Shown here: positions 47,983 to 49,138 of the stretch, piece by piece
How the letters are laid out: each line of letters starts with the position of its first letter
Numbering within the stretch: the first letter of the stretch is position 1
Assembly: GCA_018398765.1 (NCBI GenBank)
Contig: JAHBMJ010000425.1
Coordinates: 1-49,138, forward strand
Length of the DNA: 49,138 bases
Source: Chromera velia
Lineage: Eukaryota
Direction of reading: 5' to 3'
The notes under the pieces: generated by a model
The model's input: only the letters and a program-made list of their open reading frames with translations
Told to the model about the DNA's origin: nothing
Database searches by the model: none
Translations under genes and position numbers: made by a program

Positions 47983-49138
47983 GTGACGAACAAAAAGGGG
48001 AGTTCTGTTGTGGCGTCAAAGGTCCAGGATTTGCCACCGGACTTCATTTCACTTCACAAAAACGTACCCTTTAGTAGCTGTCGATGCGGGTGGGCGACGA
48101 AAGAGTTTTGAAAGGACCGTAGACATTTTCGAATCCTTTTCCGTCAGCGGTGTTGAAAGGGCCGGGGGAAGAGCAAAAGAGGGCGAGACGCTTGCAGATG
48201 TCTCTCGTTCGAAGAGAGACGAGCAGGATCTGCAATAGAAGGCGAGAATGACGCGTGAGAAAACTCTGCATGGATCTGCAGGTGTTCTCCAGTTTCTTCT
48301 TGAAAGCGGAACCGACCCCTAGGGAAACAACTGGGGCTGGGCGACAGGCCTTTTTGCCTTGGTGTTTTTGGTATGAACCGCAGTGGAGGAAAATGGGCCT
48401 GTGGGACTAGGTATGTTTTCGGCATGGTGTCGTGTGTTGTAGCGTGTCTCCCTCAGCCGACGTGGACAGCTAGAGCTGTGTATGAAGTGCTAAGGTTTGA
48501 TTTGGAGTGAGCTTCAGAGTCAAATCTGATCATAAGACTTGAGGCTAGACTTGAAATCTATTATGATTCTCTATCTTCAATAAGATTTTAGTTTTAAGTA
48601 GCTTTAAAGTAGCTAGCTTTACATGTTGAAATAGTATGTAAAAGGCTTACCGCAGGATGTTTACTGGTATTTACTAGTAAGACTGCAGTAAAAACTTTTT
48701 TTATTACTTGTTAATTAAGCTTAATTAAGCTAGTTCTTCATCCTACTTCAACCTTCCCCCCTCTCCCCTTTGAATGTGTACTCTGGGTTGTCCTCAAAGC
48801 CTTGTTAGGGGCTTAGGTCCACATCAGTGGGATAACTCAAACCAAATTTTCCTAATAATTATTTTTTTATAACCACTATTTAAAAAATAATAATTATTTT
48901 GATCATAAACAAAAATACGTTTCACAAGCCTTAATGGGCTTAATCAAAGTTTTAAAACACATTATTTTAAGAACTTTGATTCGTTTTTCACCTAAAAACA
49001 CGCCATAAATCTGATAAAATTTTATGGTAAAGTTGAGGGTTTTGTATAATTATTATGGATTATCGGTTTATGATAATTATTATTGCTACTATCTAAATAA
49101 TGGCCTTATTTCAATAATCATTATTGAGTTATCTCAGT

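Noticed and set aside
48530..49138. AT-rich terminal segment with short palindromes (ttaattaagcttaattaa)
   Set aside because: May be the end of another element, but no partner terminus lies in the window.

Overview
Eukaryotic nuclear DNA with microsatellite-rich GT-AG introns. It is probably a chromerid alveolate such as Chromera; this is inferred from intron style and an ASAF-type plastid signal peptide. Host genes: RPA2 (-) head-to-head with a predicted plastid-targeted protein (+); a 7-exon, ~1387-aa low-complexity hypothetical protein (+); a 286-aa membrane protein (-); and two divergent PTB/hnRNP-L-like 4-RRM paralogs (14 and 13 coding exons). Intergenic DNA holds decayed mobile elements: a nested palindrome, a CRE-like RLE retrotransposon fragment, tRNA-derived heads, a hAT-type MITE with an 8-bp TSD, and an APE-RT LINE inside a foldback element. 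The most unusual feature is a 4.7-kb TA-flanked array at 27764-32451 with the order A-B-B-A. A is an ~0.89-kb cassette with its own 26-bp TIRs encoding a small Zn-finger HNH-type protein. B is an ~1.46-kb cassette with different, telomere-like TIRs encoding a DD34E Tc1-type transposase. The modules join flush with no target duplications between them. All exon structures and alignments were worked out by eye, and no database searches were run.
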